Assembly: GCA_002104905.1 (NCBI GenBank)
Contig: MCFE01000034.1
Location: 124,001 to 188,000 of the forward strand
Direction of reading: 5' to 3'
Length of the DNA: 64,000 nucleotides
Origin: Basidiobolus meristosporus CBS 931.73
Lineage: Eukaryota > Fungi > Basidiobolomycota
Shown: piece after piece, positions 48,151-63,608 of the stretch
Numbering within the stretch: position 1 is the stretch's first letter
Layout: every line of letters begins with the position of its first letter
The notes under the pieces: generated by a model
Databases searched by the model: none
Told to the model about the DNA's origin: nothing
The model's input: only the letters and a program-made list of their open reading frames with translations
Made by a program: the position numbers and the translations under genes

Positions 48151-51100
48151 ATGATAGATCGCAAGCGAAGAAAAAGTGGAGATATAGATCTTGATGAAGT
48201 AAGCTCTTCGCCTCACAAACGACAAAATAACGATCCCAATGAAATGGAGAGCTCCAGTAAAGCTCGAGATGACGATCCGGCAACTCAAGCTGAGGTTCTA
48301 CTCTAACTTGTCCATCCACCCTTTTGGTGCACCTGTACTAAGTCTTTGATTTCACAGGAACATATACTGAATTTCCAAAAGGAGGCTATCTGGCGACAGA
48401 TGCAAACATACAAAAGAAGGGCTCAACGTGCGCAGGAAGCTATCACGAAGTTGAAGGAAAAGCAAGACTCCTATGGAGCTAGATTTTTATTGGTTGCTCA
48501 CACCTGGGAAAAAGTAACGCGGCTTCTACTACGTTTTTTGCTTTGGATTCACACCAGGTACTCATGAATCGTATCTTTCTAGTTGCTAGACGATCTGAAG
48601 CTAGTAGCCTCTCGGCTAGGCGGGACTGCAATAGAATTCGAGCCAGAAAAAAGTACGTATCTGAAGCAACCTTACATCATCTCTTTGGACAATGCTAACC
48701 TGCCGTATTCCAGACTTTTTGTCGTTTTTATTGAATGAGGACGATGAAGACAATGAACTACAAGACTTCGTGAAGGACAAGGCCGGGTTTAGCAAGGGGA
48801 TTTTAACCCAAATCGTGAACAAGTTACTAACCATCGAGGAAAAGCGGCAGCTGACAAGCACCGAACTACAAAAGCTGGCCGAAGGTTGGTGGAATCGTAG
48901 TGTTTACATTTACGGTCGGCCGACTAATACCCAATCCAACCGATTTATCAGCGAAATCGTCGGAAGACATAGTTTCTCACCTGAAAAGAGAAAACAAAGA
49001 ACTGAAGGAGCTTTACGATCAACAAAATGCGTCAATGAGTGAGCTTCAACAACGCTACAGAGACCTCTCCTCCAAAGTCAGTCTTCCAACCAAGCAGTTT
49101 TTGTGAACTTCAAGACCTAACTTTGGCTGAAATCTAGTCAGCAACAGTCGATCAAACCCTCCAACAAACTCAGCTCAAGGTGCATGAGATTAGCAACCAG
49201 CTGGACGAGGCTAAGGTTGAATTAGAAAGATTGGAAAGGAGCATTGACAGGTCCAATTGCTCCACCACCCGCGACCAAGTAAATTCCAAGCCTTCCAACA
49301 CCGAAGAGAACAACGGGGTTCAGGAGGTTTACATAAAAAAAGTATGATTCACACGATATCGTAGCGGCATCTTGAACATCATCTGACTATTGCAAATCCA
49401 AACACAGGAGGGTATTTCAGAAGCAGGACTGGAAGGGCAGTCGGCACATTTCGCTTCGTTAGCTGAAAGGCGCCTGAAAGAACTTGAAGAGATGAGAAAT
49501 GAACGAATCAAGCTGCGGGAGACCATCGATCAGCTTCATTTCCAAATCAGTGGGGTATCCGACGACTTGATATTAGAATCACCCACATTCAAGCACCTCC
49601 AAAGTCAATGTAATCGCTATCGAGGTGACGCAATTAGGCTGGGGGAAGCTGTGGAGAAGCTAAACCGAGAATTGGATGATCTCCGAGCAGTTCAGCGAGT
49701 GAACCAAGAGAAGATAGAGGTCAGTACACTTTGATGTTCCGAAACTATGTAAATAATGTATCAACCGATCTCGTAGCAAGAGGAATTAAACCGACGAAAC
49801 ATTTTGGAGACGCAGATCAGAAAGCTGCAAGAAGAGTTGGCATCGGCCAAAAAAACCCGAGATCACTTCAAGCGCGAACTAGACTTGCGAAACTCGAAAG
49901 ATAATGCAGAACTGATTCAGAACCAGCAAATCAAAATCATCGCTAATTCTCGGAAAGTAGGGAAGACACGTACGAGTTTCCACCAGCATGAATGAAACTG
50001 ACAGCCTAAATACAGGACCAGATCACCTCACTAATGTTGGAGGTCCGGAGGCTCAAGATGCGCATAGCTGCAAACGCAGGAGATAAGGAAGCATTGGAAT
50101 ATTTGAGCAAAGCTCCAGAAAACCAGGAAGATTCCGTGGAAGACTCTCTCAGAAAAGATCTCAAGTAGGTTCATAGGACTAGCTGGAGTTAGCAACCATT
50201 CATTGACCATCTTTGAAATTTGCACTTCAAGGAAAGCTGAAGCAAGAATTCAGGAGCTCACCACCCAAATCCAGGTCTACCGTCAGGCCTCTGAAGAGAA
50301 TGTTCACTTGCAGGATGTAAGTCTTCGCTTTCGTTACGCCAGCCGACCTTTATTAATAGTCTATCTTAGGTCATGTTATCCGAACAGAAAAGCAAGGAGC
50401 GTGTGGAAGAATTGCAGCGCACGGTTGCGGAACAACTCGAGAGAATCCGCCTACTAGAGTCTGGAAATAGTGGCATTGTATCTCTTACCGAGCAAGTGAA
50501 GAGCTCCGAAGAGAAGATCAAAGAGCTTGAGCTTAAGTGTGAATTCCACGAAAAGGTGAATTGGGGAATATGTAACATTCATGCAAGATTTTATCGCGAT
50601 TCTAACCATATAAATGCAGACTGAATCCCAGCTTATGAGCGAGATTGAGAATGTTGGCAAAGCCTGGGTTCAGCTCGAGGAACAAAATTCACGGAAGGTT
50701 TTGGATTTGGCGCAGAAGGAGGACAAGATCGTTGAACTTCTGGCCGAGGTAAGGGAAGCTTATCATACCTTTCTGTCTATCGGTTTCTGATCAATTCTTT
50801 CGTGCCCAACGTAGAAAAGTAAATCTGAGCAGAAGTGCGCCATCTTGGCCAAACAAAAAGACAACTATACCGCTTTGAGCATGTCGCTCAAACGACAGTC
50901 GGAGAAACAAATGGAGCAGATCCGTAGGCTGGAAGAAAAAGAAAGAATGTCTACACAACAATTCGTAAGTATTTTGTAGTTGCCCCCATGCTGTGGCTCG
51001 TATTAACATCCCATTAGGCCAATATGGAACGAGAACTAGCTTCGGCAAATTCCGGATTGAAAACTTGTAAAGAGAAACTTGTCGACACGATGTATGAACT

Positions 51101-51611
51101 TGATGAAGCCAAGGACAAAGTGGCCAAAACCGAGCACAAAATTACAGAGGTAAGCATTGATACCCATCGCCTATTCTTCTCCCAGCATCACTGACAACTC
51201 CAATGCTACTTAAAGATGCAACGCGTTCTTAAAGAACGAACACACACCTTTGAACATGAACTTCATTTTGGAAAACGCATCGAGGAAGAATGCAACGCAC
51301 TGAAGAAGAAGCTAGCGTCCGTGACCTCGAACCAAGCCGAAAACGAGTTGACCCAGATGTGTGATGAGTACAAGGTAAGTCCACAATTGCTCCCCTTAAG
51401 CCTGCTGGTTGCTCAATCGATGCATTTGCTGCTATAGGCGTTGTTGAAATGCAACTCATGTAATATTCGCTTCAAATCCCATGTTTTGATGCGATGCATG
51501 CACGTGTTTTGCCGGGAGTGTATTGACTCGCGCATTGAAACGAGACAACGCAAATGCCCTAATTGCGGGGAAGGCTTTGGTGCGAACGATGTCAAGCAAA
51601 TCTACCTATAA
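48151..51611 (+). CDS. BRE1: E3 ubiquitin ligase Bre1 (histone H2B monoubiquitination); many introns
   Basis: N-terminal FQKEAIWRQMQTYKR, long coiled coils, and a C-terminal RING: LKCNSCNIRFKSHVLMRCMHVFCRECIDSRIETRQRKCPNCGEGFGANDV. Confidence 0.92.
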
Positions 51612-52446
51612 TCCTAATAATCCATTTCTCGTTCCCAGCATCAAATAATATTCCCCTTGATCCACCCTATTTATTTCCTCATGGTTGTTTCCCTTTCGAA
51701 CTTATAGACGTGACTTTTGATAATGGCTCTTCTGTAGAATATGTATTTACCTGTATTTATTTATGGCTTTTTTTATACGGACGGCCAGTTTGGTCGAGCC
51801 TATACAGCTCCCCCTTTTATTCCCCCAACGTCAAATTGTTTTTGCAGTTTTCAGAAGAAAAGTCATTTGCCATTCTTATGCGCGCAATATGCATATCTAT
51901 GAGCAACATTAAGAATAAATCGTTCCACTCACCTCGCCACCCAGATTGCTTAAAATTGGGTCAATCTTTGACTCGGTTTCTCGGTAAAATCCCACCTAAG
52001 TCACAATGCTGTCCGATTAGAACTGTAGAAGTGAACTGCATAACTATCGGCCTCATCTCCATGTACTACCATGAGCCTGGGAAAATCTGAACGCTCGTGA
52101 CAATGCCGATGCCATCCTCCAACCTTTTTTTGGGTATTTGTTGTTTGGCCCTATTTTCAGCGAAAGCCTTATATTTCTCCAAGAAATCCTATGACCATTA
52201 GACAAATTCCCTGACATCAATATCTTCTCCATTTAGAGTAGAGCGGTGTTCCACAGAGTGCCTGATATGATAACTTTCCCACAGTACGTCCAATGAGAGA
52301 GATGATGGTAAGTTTTGGACAATTTAAGGGATCAAGAGTGTTTCAATTGCTACCCACGGCTGTTGGTTGTTACGTTTGAAGACCTTAATAACAGGAGTCG
52401 CCCACGAATCTTACTTTTAGCCCCCTCTTTCAGCTTGAATCCTTCA

Positions 52447-54661
52447 ATGCTTCCACACATCATCAAACAGCTTCGCTCCCCTGGGTTAAGCACCCAACTT
52501 AGTCAGCAGCTGAGGCAACGCTGCCTTCAGGCCACTGCCAGCTCCAGCTGGAAAGTGCGACAATATCATTCGTCACATGAGGAGCAAGCTTCTATCCTGC
52601 CAAACAACGTGGATACCTCTTCAGCTGAATTCAAAGTAGGAATGCCAGGCTTGCCTCGATCGGGCGTACAGTTTACTTATCTTCTCTGCAGGACAACGCT
52701 CTCCGCATGAAGAAGCTCACCGATGACCTTGAGGCCAACGTCGCCAAGATCAAGCTAGGTGGGTACGGTTGTTTAATACAAGGCTGCTTCTTGGCTGACA
52801 GTTCCATTGTCTAGGCGGAGGTGAGGAGGCTAGAAAGCGCCACCTGTCGAGAGGAAAGTTGCTCCCACGTGACAGGTTAGTTCATGAATTGCCGGGAATT
52901 CGGCCAGCTTCATCTAATACTGACTTTACTTTAGACTTGAGAGGCTGTTGGATAATGGGTAAGGCGATGGTTGCTGTATAGATGTATCAGCGTGTAGAAG
53001 ATCTAATTATTATGTGCAGGTCCCCGTTTTTGGAACTCTCGCAATTTGCAGGCCACAATTTGTATGACGACTACGTCCCGGAGGTGGTATTATCACCGGT
53101 GTTGGCCGGGTCAATGGGTGGGTTTAGCATATAGCCCTCAGAGCAGATGTACTTGTTTATTAACTGCTCCTTGATTAGCGTGGAATGCATGGTGGTTGTC
53201 AATGACCCTACCGTCAAGGTACTATAACATTCATCCAACTTGGTCGACCGCGTATTAACTTGACTCAGGGTGGAACCTACTACCCAATCACTGTCAGAAA
53301 ACATCTCAGAGCGCAGGAGGTTGCCCGTGAAAACAACCTGCCCTGTATCTACCTCGGTAAGTTCCATATGTCCACAACAACCTTCCGGAATGCACGTTGA
53401 CAGTCCGTTTCTGAACCGCTAGTTGATTCCGGAGGTGCCAACTTGCCTCGCCAGGCTGACGTTTTCCCCGATAAGGAGCATTTCGGTCGCATCTTCTACA
53501 ACCAGGTATTTGGATGGTCATAGCCATATGTTTGTTGAACACCGGTACTCAATCGTTGACATAGGCCACCATGTCCGGCGAAGGGATTCCTCAGATCGCC
53601 ATTGTGATGGGTTCGTGTACCGCCGGTGGTGCCTATGTTCCAGCCATGGCTGATGAAAGCGTGATCGTCAAAAAGCAGGCACCATTTTCCTCGGTGGCCC
53701 ACCATTGGTACGTGCCGCCACAGGTGAAGTGGTGTCTGCTGAAGACCTTGGCGGTGCAGATTTACACTGTAGAACCTCCGGTGTTACCGATCACTATGCT
53801 CACGATGACGAGCATGCTCTTATGATCGGAAGAAGAATCATCGGTAACTTGAACAAGCGCAAGCCCAGCCAACTGGAGGTCCGTACCCCAGTAGACCCCC
53901 TCTACGCTGCCTCTGAGCTTGGTGGTATCGTGGGAGACAACTTGAGAAAGCCCTTCGATATCAAGAACGTCATCTCCAGAATTGTCGATGGAAGTAGATT
54001 CAGCGAGTTCAAGGAGCTCTACGGATCCACCCTGGTTACTGGTTTTGCCCACATCCATGGTTATCCAGTGGGCATCGTCGCCAACAATGGAATTTTGTTC
54101 TCGGAATCTGCCTTAAAGGGTGCCCACTTCATCCAACTCTGTAGCCAGCGTGGCATTCCCCTCGTTTTCCTTCAGAACATTACCGGCTTTATGGTTGGCT
54201 CCTCTGCTGAAGCCGGTGGTATTGCCAAGAATGGTGCCAAGATGGTTACCGCAGTATCATGTGCTAAGGTGCCCAAGTTCACTGTCATCGTCGGTGGCAG
54301 CTTTGGTGCTGGTAACTATGGTATGTGCGGAAGAGCCTACTCCCCTCGCTTCATGTGGATGTGGCCCAACGCACGTATCTCTGTCATGGGTGGAGAGCAG
54401 GCCGCCGGGGTGTTGGCTCAGGTGACCAGAGATTCAAAGGCCAAGAAGGGGCAATCCTGGAGTGATGAGGCTGAGGCGGAGTTCAAGAAGCCAATCGTGG
54501 AACGCTACGAAGCCGAAGGACACCCATACTTCTCGTCAGCAAGACTATGGGATGATGGTGTCATCAAGCCTGAAGATACTCGCTCTGTGTTAGGCTTGGG
54601 TCTTTCCGCTGCATTGAACAAGCCCATCGAAAAGTCGCAATTTGGCATCTTCAGAATGTAA
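52447..54661 (+). CDS. MCCC2: Methylcrotonoyl-CoA carboxylase beta subunit, mitochondrial; two apparent single-base deletions at about 53079 and 53678
   Basis: Presequence-like N-terminus; [73 protein letters not shown]. Confidence 0.92.
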
Positions 54662-55047
54662 ACCAGTACCACCCCTCTACACCATACATAAAATCACTCC
54701 CCGCAACGATTCTACCATGCAGCCCTTCACAAATAAAGTCATAGCATTATCCAAACACTGGCGTTGTTTTGGTTAGGTTTAGCGGATCGCAGGGTAACAC
54801 CATCATGGGATTTTTAACGAACGAAGAAATTCAGTAGTTTGAGCATCGATTGGTAGACGTAGATGGGAGAGGTAGAGCAAATATTTTGATGTTACCAAAG
54901 ATTAATTTCAGTTGGTATAAATGAACTTTCTGTTTCCGACTTAATCAAGATCGTACATTTTTATATCAATATTCCTTCCATCACTGCGAAGCACTCCTTG
55001 TATCCCACCTAATACCACTTTTTATATACATTTATTGCGACTCTAAT

Positions 55048-55990
<943 letters not shown>

Positions 55991-56265
55991 TTCCACTTAA
56001 AGCATGTATGCACATTGCACAAGTAACATTCGCACATCTCTCCAATCCCACCACTTCTCTTACTTTCGCGGCAGCTTAATTTAACCTCGCTTTCTTCCTG
56101 AGTGGTGTCAGTTCGATTACAACAATGTTTGGCTTCCTTCTCCCCATGGAATGAGCAATCCTTTCTGGATGTTATTTGAAATAAAACTATGAGATGGAGC
56201 TCGGTTTATGCAAAGATTTTATTGAACTGACACCTCTGGAATATGATATTGCAAATGGCAACCTC

Positions 56266-58020
56266 TTATTTGTTCCCTAGTTTGAACCATTTGGGAAGTT
56301 TCGACTTTTTCGCTTCTTCTTGCTTCCCACGCGGCTCAGGATCATAATCGGAGGGCACATGGATCTCTCTTGGGACAGGTGAAGGATTACGAGCGGGTTC
56401 CGGATGGCTTGTGTCCATAGGACCTGAACTGGCTGTAGCTTCGGCCGCCGAAGGCAGATCCTCTATTTGCACGACCAGTTCCTCTTTGAGATACTCCTCA
56501 ACTGTCTCGTTGTTAGCCAAGGAAAAGAATACGACCGAAGCAGGGGTCAACCCAGCTTCATAGAGTGTGAGATCTGGGTCGGTAAGTCTTTTAATTGGCG
56601 GGGTAACGTACAAGTAGAAATCCCACTCAGGGTTTCTCAACGACTCCCGAACAAACGAAGTTAACTTGGAGATCGTCTCGAATGACGAGAAGTGGGCTTG
56701 CAGTTGTACACGATTGGGAAAGCGAATTCGTATCAAGGTACGTGGATATTTACGCCGTTTCTGCAACTCCTCGTTTTCCCGCATTTGGCGAGTTTTTAAA
56801 GGCGCGTTCTCGTCTTTGGAGCGTTGCACACGTTGGCTATCGAGGATAGCTTTCAATTCTGCCGATGTTAGCTCATAAAACGAGTCGGGTAACTCTATCT
56901 TTGCTGCCATGTTCTCCTCGGTGGATGGTCGGAAGATTCTGGGCTCACGAGCGATCTTTTGGGCTCGGGCTTCTGATCAGTTGTAGTATTATTCTGCTGC
57001 GTGGTTGGCACCGATGGTAATTGATATGTTTGTGGATTCGATGGTTGGCTAAAAGATGGACTTTCAAGGGTATTTAAAGGTTGTTGTCCGGATTGAGGTA
57101 ATGCTTGCACAACTTCTCTTTGTTGAGGTTGGGCTACTGCTTGAGGCGGAGTTGACATGGGCGCATCTTGTACAGTTTGGGGTGATGCTGGAGACTGTAA
57201 GGTAGGCTGATTTGTAACTTCCACTGACGGACTTTGGACTGGTATCTCAGTAGAGGTTGTAGGTTGATGAAAGTGATCTCTCGCTCTGCATCTTCCAAAG
57301 ACATTTCTGATGGTCTGAAAATCAATCGAATCAGCACATTACCGGAGGTGATACCGGTAGATTGCAAAGTTGTCTTCTTTAGCACAGAAATACTTCCAAA
57401 TTCCTGGTTCAGATATACGCAAACTGGCTGCAGGTATGCCACAGCCGCACTTTTTCCCACTTCAGTACTTCTTCTTGTCAAATTTCTAACGAGGGGAACA
57501 AAGTTGAGCGGGCATCCAGACGAATGAGTGGGCTACTGATACTAACTTGTTGGAGGATGCTTCAAATGCAATTAGCATATCCCAATATGAAGTAGAGGTA
57601 GGGAAACCTTGTATGATTCTCCCTTCATCCATCTGGAGTGCCACATTCACCTACAGCGGGAACTTTTGTGATTTAGAATGTAAGCAATCTGAGCCCACCG
57701 CATATATCAACTGACAAATACCTTTTGTCACTCTCGTCCGAACAAGCTCAAGTTTAGCGCCAGCAGGCAAATTAGCGAAACGCACTGAAAGTGAAAGATC
57801 AAGGTTGGATTTGCCGTATCTAGAAGACAGTGAGTAAAACCAAGCAACCCGAAATCACGAAGGAAGGCAAAGAAACCTACTTCAGGCCATATGAATCGAC
57901 GTCGGGATACTTCTGTTTCTCACACACCGCTAAAACGATGTTCTTCAGCGGCATCGCAGGAGTCGTTTTGACCAGCTGTTTCCGCCCTTGGCCGTATATT
58001 ACGGAGACATTCGACGCCAT
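56266..58020 (-). CDS. TUG/ASPSCR1/Ubx4-like UBX-domain protein; two apparent single-base deletions at about 57271 and 56958
   Basis: N-terminal ubiquitin-like segment MASNVSVIYGQGRKQLVKTTPAMPLKNIV; REPRIFRP..ELPDSFYELTSAELK; UBX domain YPRTLIRIRFPNRVQLQAHF..FYLYVTPP; ends KLPKWFKLGNK. Confidence 0.85.
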
Positions 58021-58544
58021 TTGAGTAGGAATGGAGCGTTACGTAGATTTGACCGGAATGGGTAAAGTGGAGCTAGAATACGGACTAGTTCAATGGCACC
58101 GATTATATTTACCACACAATCAGAATCGCAGTGTGAAACCACTCATGCTACGGCATCGCTGCGAACATTCCACGGTTGATGAATTGGAATAGAATCTAGC
58201 TGGATTAACTAACCATCTCAGATCGCATCCAGGGCCAAGGAATTAACCACTTTGTAGCATTTATTAAGGAGACATCACCATAATGATCAACCTTCTAAGA
58301 TGTAAATATAGCAAAGACCAGACCCAGCAACTCCCATCCACCAGATTGAAGTACAAATACAAAGCGTGCTGCATCACAACCCAAACAGCAATAGAAGTAT
58401 CGTGGAACTTGGTGATTGATTCCCAACGTGGATGCGGTTCATTAAATGGTCTATAATAAGGTCAAAATATTTTACATCGTGGACTATGGCTCAAAGAAAA
58501 CTTTCAACGGAAAATAAGAGCAATGACTAGCAGGGGATGTCCTT

Positions 58545-61500
58545 TCATTTCTTGGCTTGCTTCTGCTTTTCCCTCTCCTCCTCTCGTAGCTTCTTCTTGT
58601 CTGCTTTTTCGGCCAACTTGGCTGCCTTCGCCTCCGCCTTCTGCTTCTTCTTTTCCGCACGCTCGGCCATGGCTGCCTCGTACTCGAGACGCTTCTTCTT
58701 GTTGACCTTGGCATGAGCTGCAGATATATCTGCCGGCTTTTTGTCTCCAGAACCCCCGATCTTCGCCACAGGTGGGTAACGAGGTTTAAACGGATTCCGC
58801 AATTTAGCAGAAAGGAATTCATCCTAAACCAATTGGGTTAGTGAACAGTGTAATGGAGATTTAAGCTCGGGCCTCCTTTACCTCTACAAAGTCCCCACTG
58901 TTCTCGTCCAGTTTCTTCGCGTAATAAGTGCGAAGTAAGCCGATGACTCCCTCAGAGCTCTTGATCGGGGAGAACGCAGGTGGCGGTGGATACGGCACGT
59001 CGGCTGGAAGAAGGATTAGTTAGCATACAGGATATGCGTTGGCTCGGCTCAGCTCCAACTTACATATGGGTGCACTAGGATCATAACGAAAGTTAGTTTG
59101 ACACAGTCGGTGGGTTGACCAAGCAGACACACTTACCTCGTGGATTGGCTGGGGATATTTCTGTTTTGCTTCTGGCCGTACCATAACTTCGTAGGAACCT
59201 ACGCGCAAAAGGTCAAACTACGCATCACTCCAACTGATCTATCCATAACTTACAGAGAGTGTATTGATGTTGAACTCCTTGTCCAAACCAAGCTCCTTGA
59301 AACCAAAGAAGTCTTCTCCGATCTCCTCGCCAAAGCCACCGCTGTAACAAGAGCTCGGTCAGCAAACATTCCGGACGGGGCTGTGACCCGAAATACCTTG
59401 CAAAAACGTCCTCGTTGTCGAATATATGTTCGTCGAGAGTTGGATCGCCATCCGTGTTATTCTGGATAGGATTTTAGTGGGAATTCATGAAGATCCAACA
59501 ACAATCCTCGTTACCGTCAAGATGTCCTGATAGCTTGCTTCTAGACGACGGTGTAGATCGTTCAGACGACCGTTGTATCTGAATACTTCATCTCGTACAT
59601 ATCCCTCCAAAACATCAACACTCCGTATGCCGTTCTCGTACAATGAATGCAGTAGTATTTCCTGAAGCGCTGCACATTAGATGACCAGTAACAAACGCCT
59701 GCAATACGATCCAAACAATACCTCCGCACTCATCTCATGATCATATCGGTCCATGTATGAACGTAACGTCTTCCCGAGGTTAAGAAAAATTCGATCACGA
59801 CATCAGTAAGTAAGGCCAGGGCGATCGGTTGGGCAGCTATCATTATATTACAGGGTTAAGCTCACCAACTACAGACAACTCTGTCGACTGATACTTTGTG
59901 CTAACCTTCGAACCCAGCATGCGCCAGTAATTTCGTCGAAGCTCTCTCTAGCATCGTGTTCCCTATTTCTTGACTCATTAAAAGAGGTGGAAGACCAGCA
60001 ACCTTAGGCGGAGGTGAATCCTCTTTGTCAACCTCTTCGTCTTTTTGAGCCTCGGAGGCGCGAGGATCGATCTAATGAGTAGTCGACAATGTCATGCTTA
60101 GTAGTGCTCTCGAGGACAAAGTGCCAATGAAACCTCACTCACAGGCATGTTCATCTTCGCATTCATAATCTTGGTGTGGATGACTCGGATCTTTTTAAGC
60201 TCTTCGATATTCATATCTACCATGCCGGACACACCCTCTTTGGAGAACCGTCCCTCGGGATAGAGAGATAGATCTGGTGCATCTTTGACGTCGGTGGTCT
60301 CTTCTTCGAACAGTTTGTTTTGGTCGGTGACATCAGGCGTGGGCTGGCAAATATCCGGGAATCCCGATTGCAAATGGTACTCGGGAACAAAAACCTCCTT
60401 CACTTTCTTCTTTGGCTTTGCTTTATGAGTCTTGGCGATGAATTCAAACCGATTCTCTTCCTCTGACTCCTCGGCCGAGCCATCAGACAGAACCAAGGCG
60501 CAATCGTGACTTGAGAGCGATTGTTCGTAATGTTTCATCGCCTGAGGCGTACGTATTAGAGCGCGTTGCTCAGCAAATGAACGGGCTTGTTCCTTTTCTC
60601 GGTATTCTACAGTTTCGGCGCGCAGCTTACGAGTTAATGCTCGCCAACTACTGAGCTGAGGCTCTTCGAAAACTTTGACAACCTTCGGTTTCTCAGCAAT
60701 AGTCTCTGGAGAGATGTTCTCCTCATTTTGGCCGTTGTTTTCTGTAGGCCCCGAGACGGCTTCACATTCATTTGTAGCTGGTGGAAGATGGCTGGTATTG
60801 TCTGGTTGACTGTCGTTTTGATCATCTTTGACTGTCTGCTCTTCAGGTTTTGGCTGGTTCTCAGCATCTTTCTTTCGTAGCTCTTCGTTTTGCGCGTTTT
60901 CAGCATCCACCTCAGCTTTGTCCCGGATTACGATGTCTGGAACATTCGCCAGAAGCGTGCTGGTCTTCTTTTTCATCGCATAAGCATGCTTACGATAGAT
61001 ACTAGCAGGGTCAGTGTTGTAAGCCAGGCAATTGGAATAGATCAGGTATAGGTCAGTGGCGAATTCGGCCTTGCTTTTATATTGAAAGGTTTTAAGCTTC
61101 TTTCCCACGGTTCCTAGATCCATTGGGTGCTTGACAATGTCGAAATAATCGGGTGCCTCCCGCTTACTGACTTTGTTCAGAAATGGGAGGGAATGCTCGG
61201 TGTAGTTCCTCAGTTCGTTGACTATCTTCTCACACCACTCGTACAGCTCCTCCTGCCCTACTTTGTCATCACTAGCCCATTTCGACCGATGCGGTCGCAC
61301 ATCGGTTAGTAGACTCTTGATTTCGTGATCTGTGAGAGAAGTCATGCCTCTTTTGGAGCTTATGGCAGTCAAAAGATGCTATCAGGTGGTAGGCTGATTA
61401 ATTGATGTAACTGAAACATCCCAAAGGATAAGCGAATCTACCTTCATCCCGCTGTTTATGTTAAGTAGCGAATTTTTGACATCCTCCTTGTCTTGTTCTG

Positions 61501-62442
61501 CCGTTTGTGTAGGTTGGGCCTCGACCGGCTCTGTATTCTTGTTTTCCTGCTCTTCTTCGGCCTTTAGCTTTTCCTGTGATGCAAGCAATGAGCGACTAAC
61601 AAACGATAAACTTATGGGCATGCCACGTTAGTAACCTCAATGAGCTGCTGCTCCGCTATATCTGCTTTGTCGTATTCCACTGTATAATAAACCGAATTCA
61701 CTGGGTATTCATCGTCCTTCTTCCGCTCGTAGCTTGCTGAGGATAGCAATATGCATGCAAAAATTAGTGCGGTAGATAGAAGACAGACACTAGTTGAGAT
61801 AGTAGGACATACGCATTTCTAATTTGGCTCCGGGAGCGGTGTTATGCGCGGTAGCATCTTGGGTTCCAGAAATTGGTGCCTCCACCTCTTCTTCTTCCTC
61901 TTCCTCATCGTAGTCCTCTTCAATCACTCTTCGTTTCTTTGTGGGGACACTTTCACCGTGACACCCGTTAGTACTGACGATTTTTGAGATGGGTTCAGGT
62001 GTGATTTCGTTAAGTTCGATCAAGGGGAATGAACAGCAGTTGTGTTTTCGTGAAAGATTCTCTGAATATAACTGCTCGTACAACATGGCTCTCGTACGAA
62101 ATGCCGCGACACACTTAACGCTGTAAGGGGTTTTCTCTTGTTCGGCCGGTCCATCTGTATTTGAAGGGTCGTGTGGGGAAATTGTGGATGGTCGTCGGGT
62201 TCGGAGGATATCACGTCGAACTTTTGGGTCATAAAGGATTCTTGGAAGTGGTCGCCCGCAGGTTTTGGTTCGAACTCGACGGCAAAGAATTTCTTCCAGG
62301 TGCTCCGATCTTGAAGGGCCTCCTTGAAAAACACATACTCCACCTCGGTGAGGTAAAACTGGACCTCATTATTGCTGTCTATCTGTTTTGCAACTTCATA
62401 ACTTATCTCCAAAAAAGACCGAGGAAAACTGGCGAACACCAT
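58545..62442 (-). CDS. SPT7: SAGA complex subunit Spt7 (bromodomain plus histone fold); multi-intron, two apparent single-base deletions at about 62128 and 59787
   Basis: [51 protein letters not shown] (bromodomain); LLAHAGFE; [20 protein letters not shown]; [16 protein letters not shown]; [13 protein letters not shown]. Confidence 0.9.
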
Positions 62443-63608
62443 GGTTCTCCCCTTAGCTCATTCCAAGGTTGAGGAAGTATCAAACACCACTGAACTTGAG
62501 TTCGCGAGTCACTTCGCTACACACGTGATGGGAAATTAAAAAACTCACCATCACTAAATTCGCCCAGAATTTTTCGCTAGACAATGATCGAATTGCCCAA
62601 CATATCCATCCCATCTCCATCAGTCGTTTGGATGCACGCCTAATCAGCAAACTCTTCCAATTTATACGAGTAGTTGTGAATTGTGGTTAATCGTATATTT
62701 AGTCAGATGCCATGACGACTTCAGATCTTGAAATAAACTCGCATCACAGATTGAATACAGTGACAATTTTTGGTACCAGGTCTGACGCAATCAGACCATT
62801 TCTGTGTCCATATAATCCAATGACGTTTGCTGGGCCCAACTACATTGCGGTGGAACGGGTTATTGGGACCTTAATGAATTGTTTGTGGTTTACTTGAACT
62901 GATACATTGAACAATCCAAAGGGTTGGTTTCAAGGGATAAGATGTCAAATATGACACATTTAAGCTCCTTCTATGCCAGGTGCTCATATTATGCTATCAG
63001 ATTTGCTAGCATGATTTGGTCTAAGATGCTGAGGAGACTCCGCCCGAGGGAGAGCCTCCTTGTCAATGTATTGTATGATGAAGAATGAGGCAATCTAGGG
63101 GCATCATCCGATTCCATTGACCCATTCATAGCTTACTAATGCTTACAATGAGCCATGTCGTGAGCTTGGGTCAACCAACATTCATGCCTACACGCACTGG
63201 TGTAACTCCCCTGGATGTGGTGAAAACTATGTCCACGTCCATGTCCATTACGTGGTTGCCTTGGTGGTATCTCAAGCTCATTTGCTATTCTGATTAATGC
63301 GAAGAGATACGGCAGGAATCACGCGATTGTTCACATTGAATGATGTCTTACCTCTTTGGTTTTCGCAGCAGTTATTACTTAGGAACCAGATTCATCTGAC
63401 TCCCAGTAATATAAGTCCCATGACTTAGTTCATGGCCCAATCGGGGCATCACTCTATTATCGCATAGCCCCTCAAATACGCAGTATAAAACGCTGGTTAT
63501 TTCATCTCAGACTTTCAGATCACAGCTCATTTCTAGCCACACTCATCATCCTTTTCGTCCTCTTTACGCTCCACCGAAAATTTTCCTGCCCAAACCAATC
63601 TAACCAAA

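Noticed and set aside
56975-57235. A single intron of about 260 nt (GTCAGT..CTGATCAG) that would bypass both frameshifts in the TUG-like gene
   Set aside because: It is phase-compatible, but much longer than neighbouring introns and it would delete a typical Pro/Ser/Thr/Gln linker that reads openly. Two homopolymer errors are more parsimonious. RNA-seq would decide.
58484-59770. A separate gene encoding the Lys/Glu-rich ORF at 58545-58802
   Set aside because: Its exons splice onto the Spt7 histone-fold and C-terminal motifs ([22 protein letters not shown]), so it is the 3' end of SPT7.
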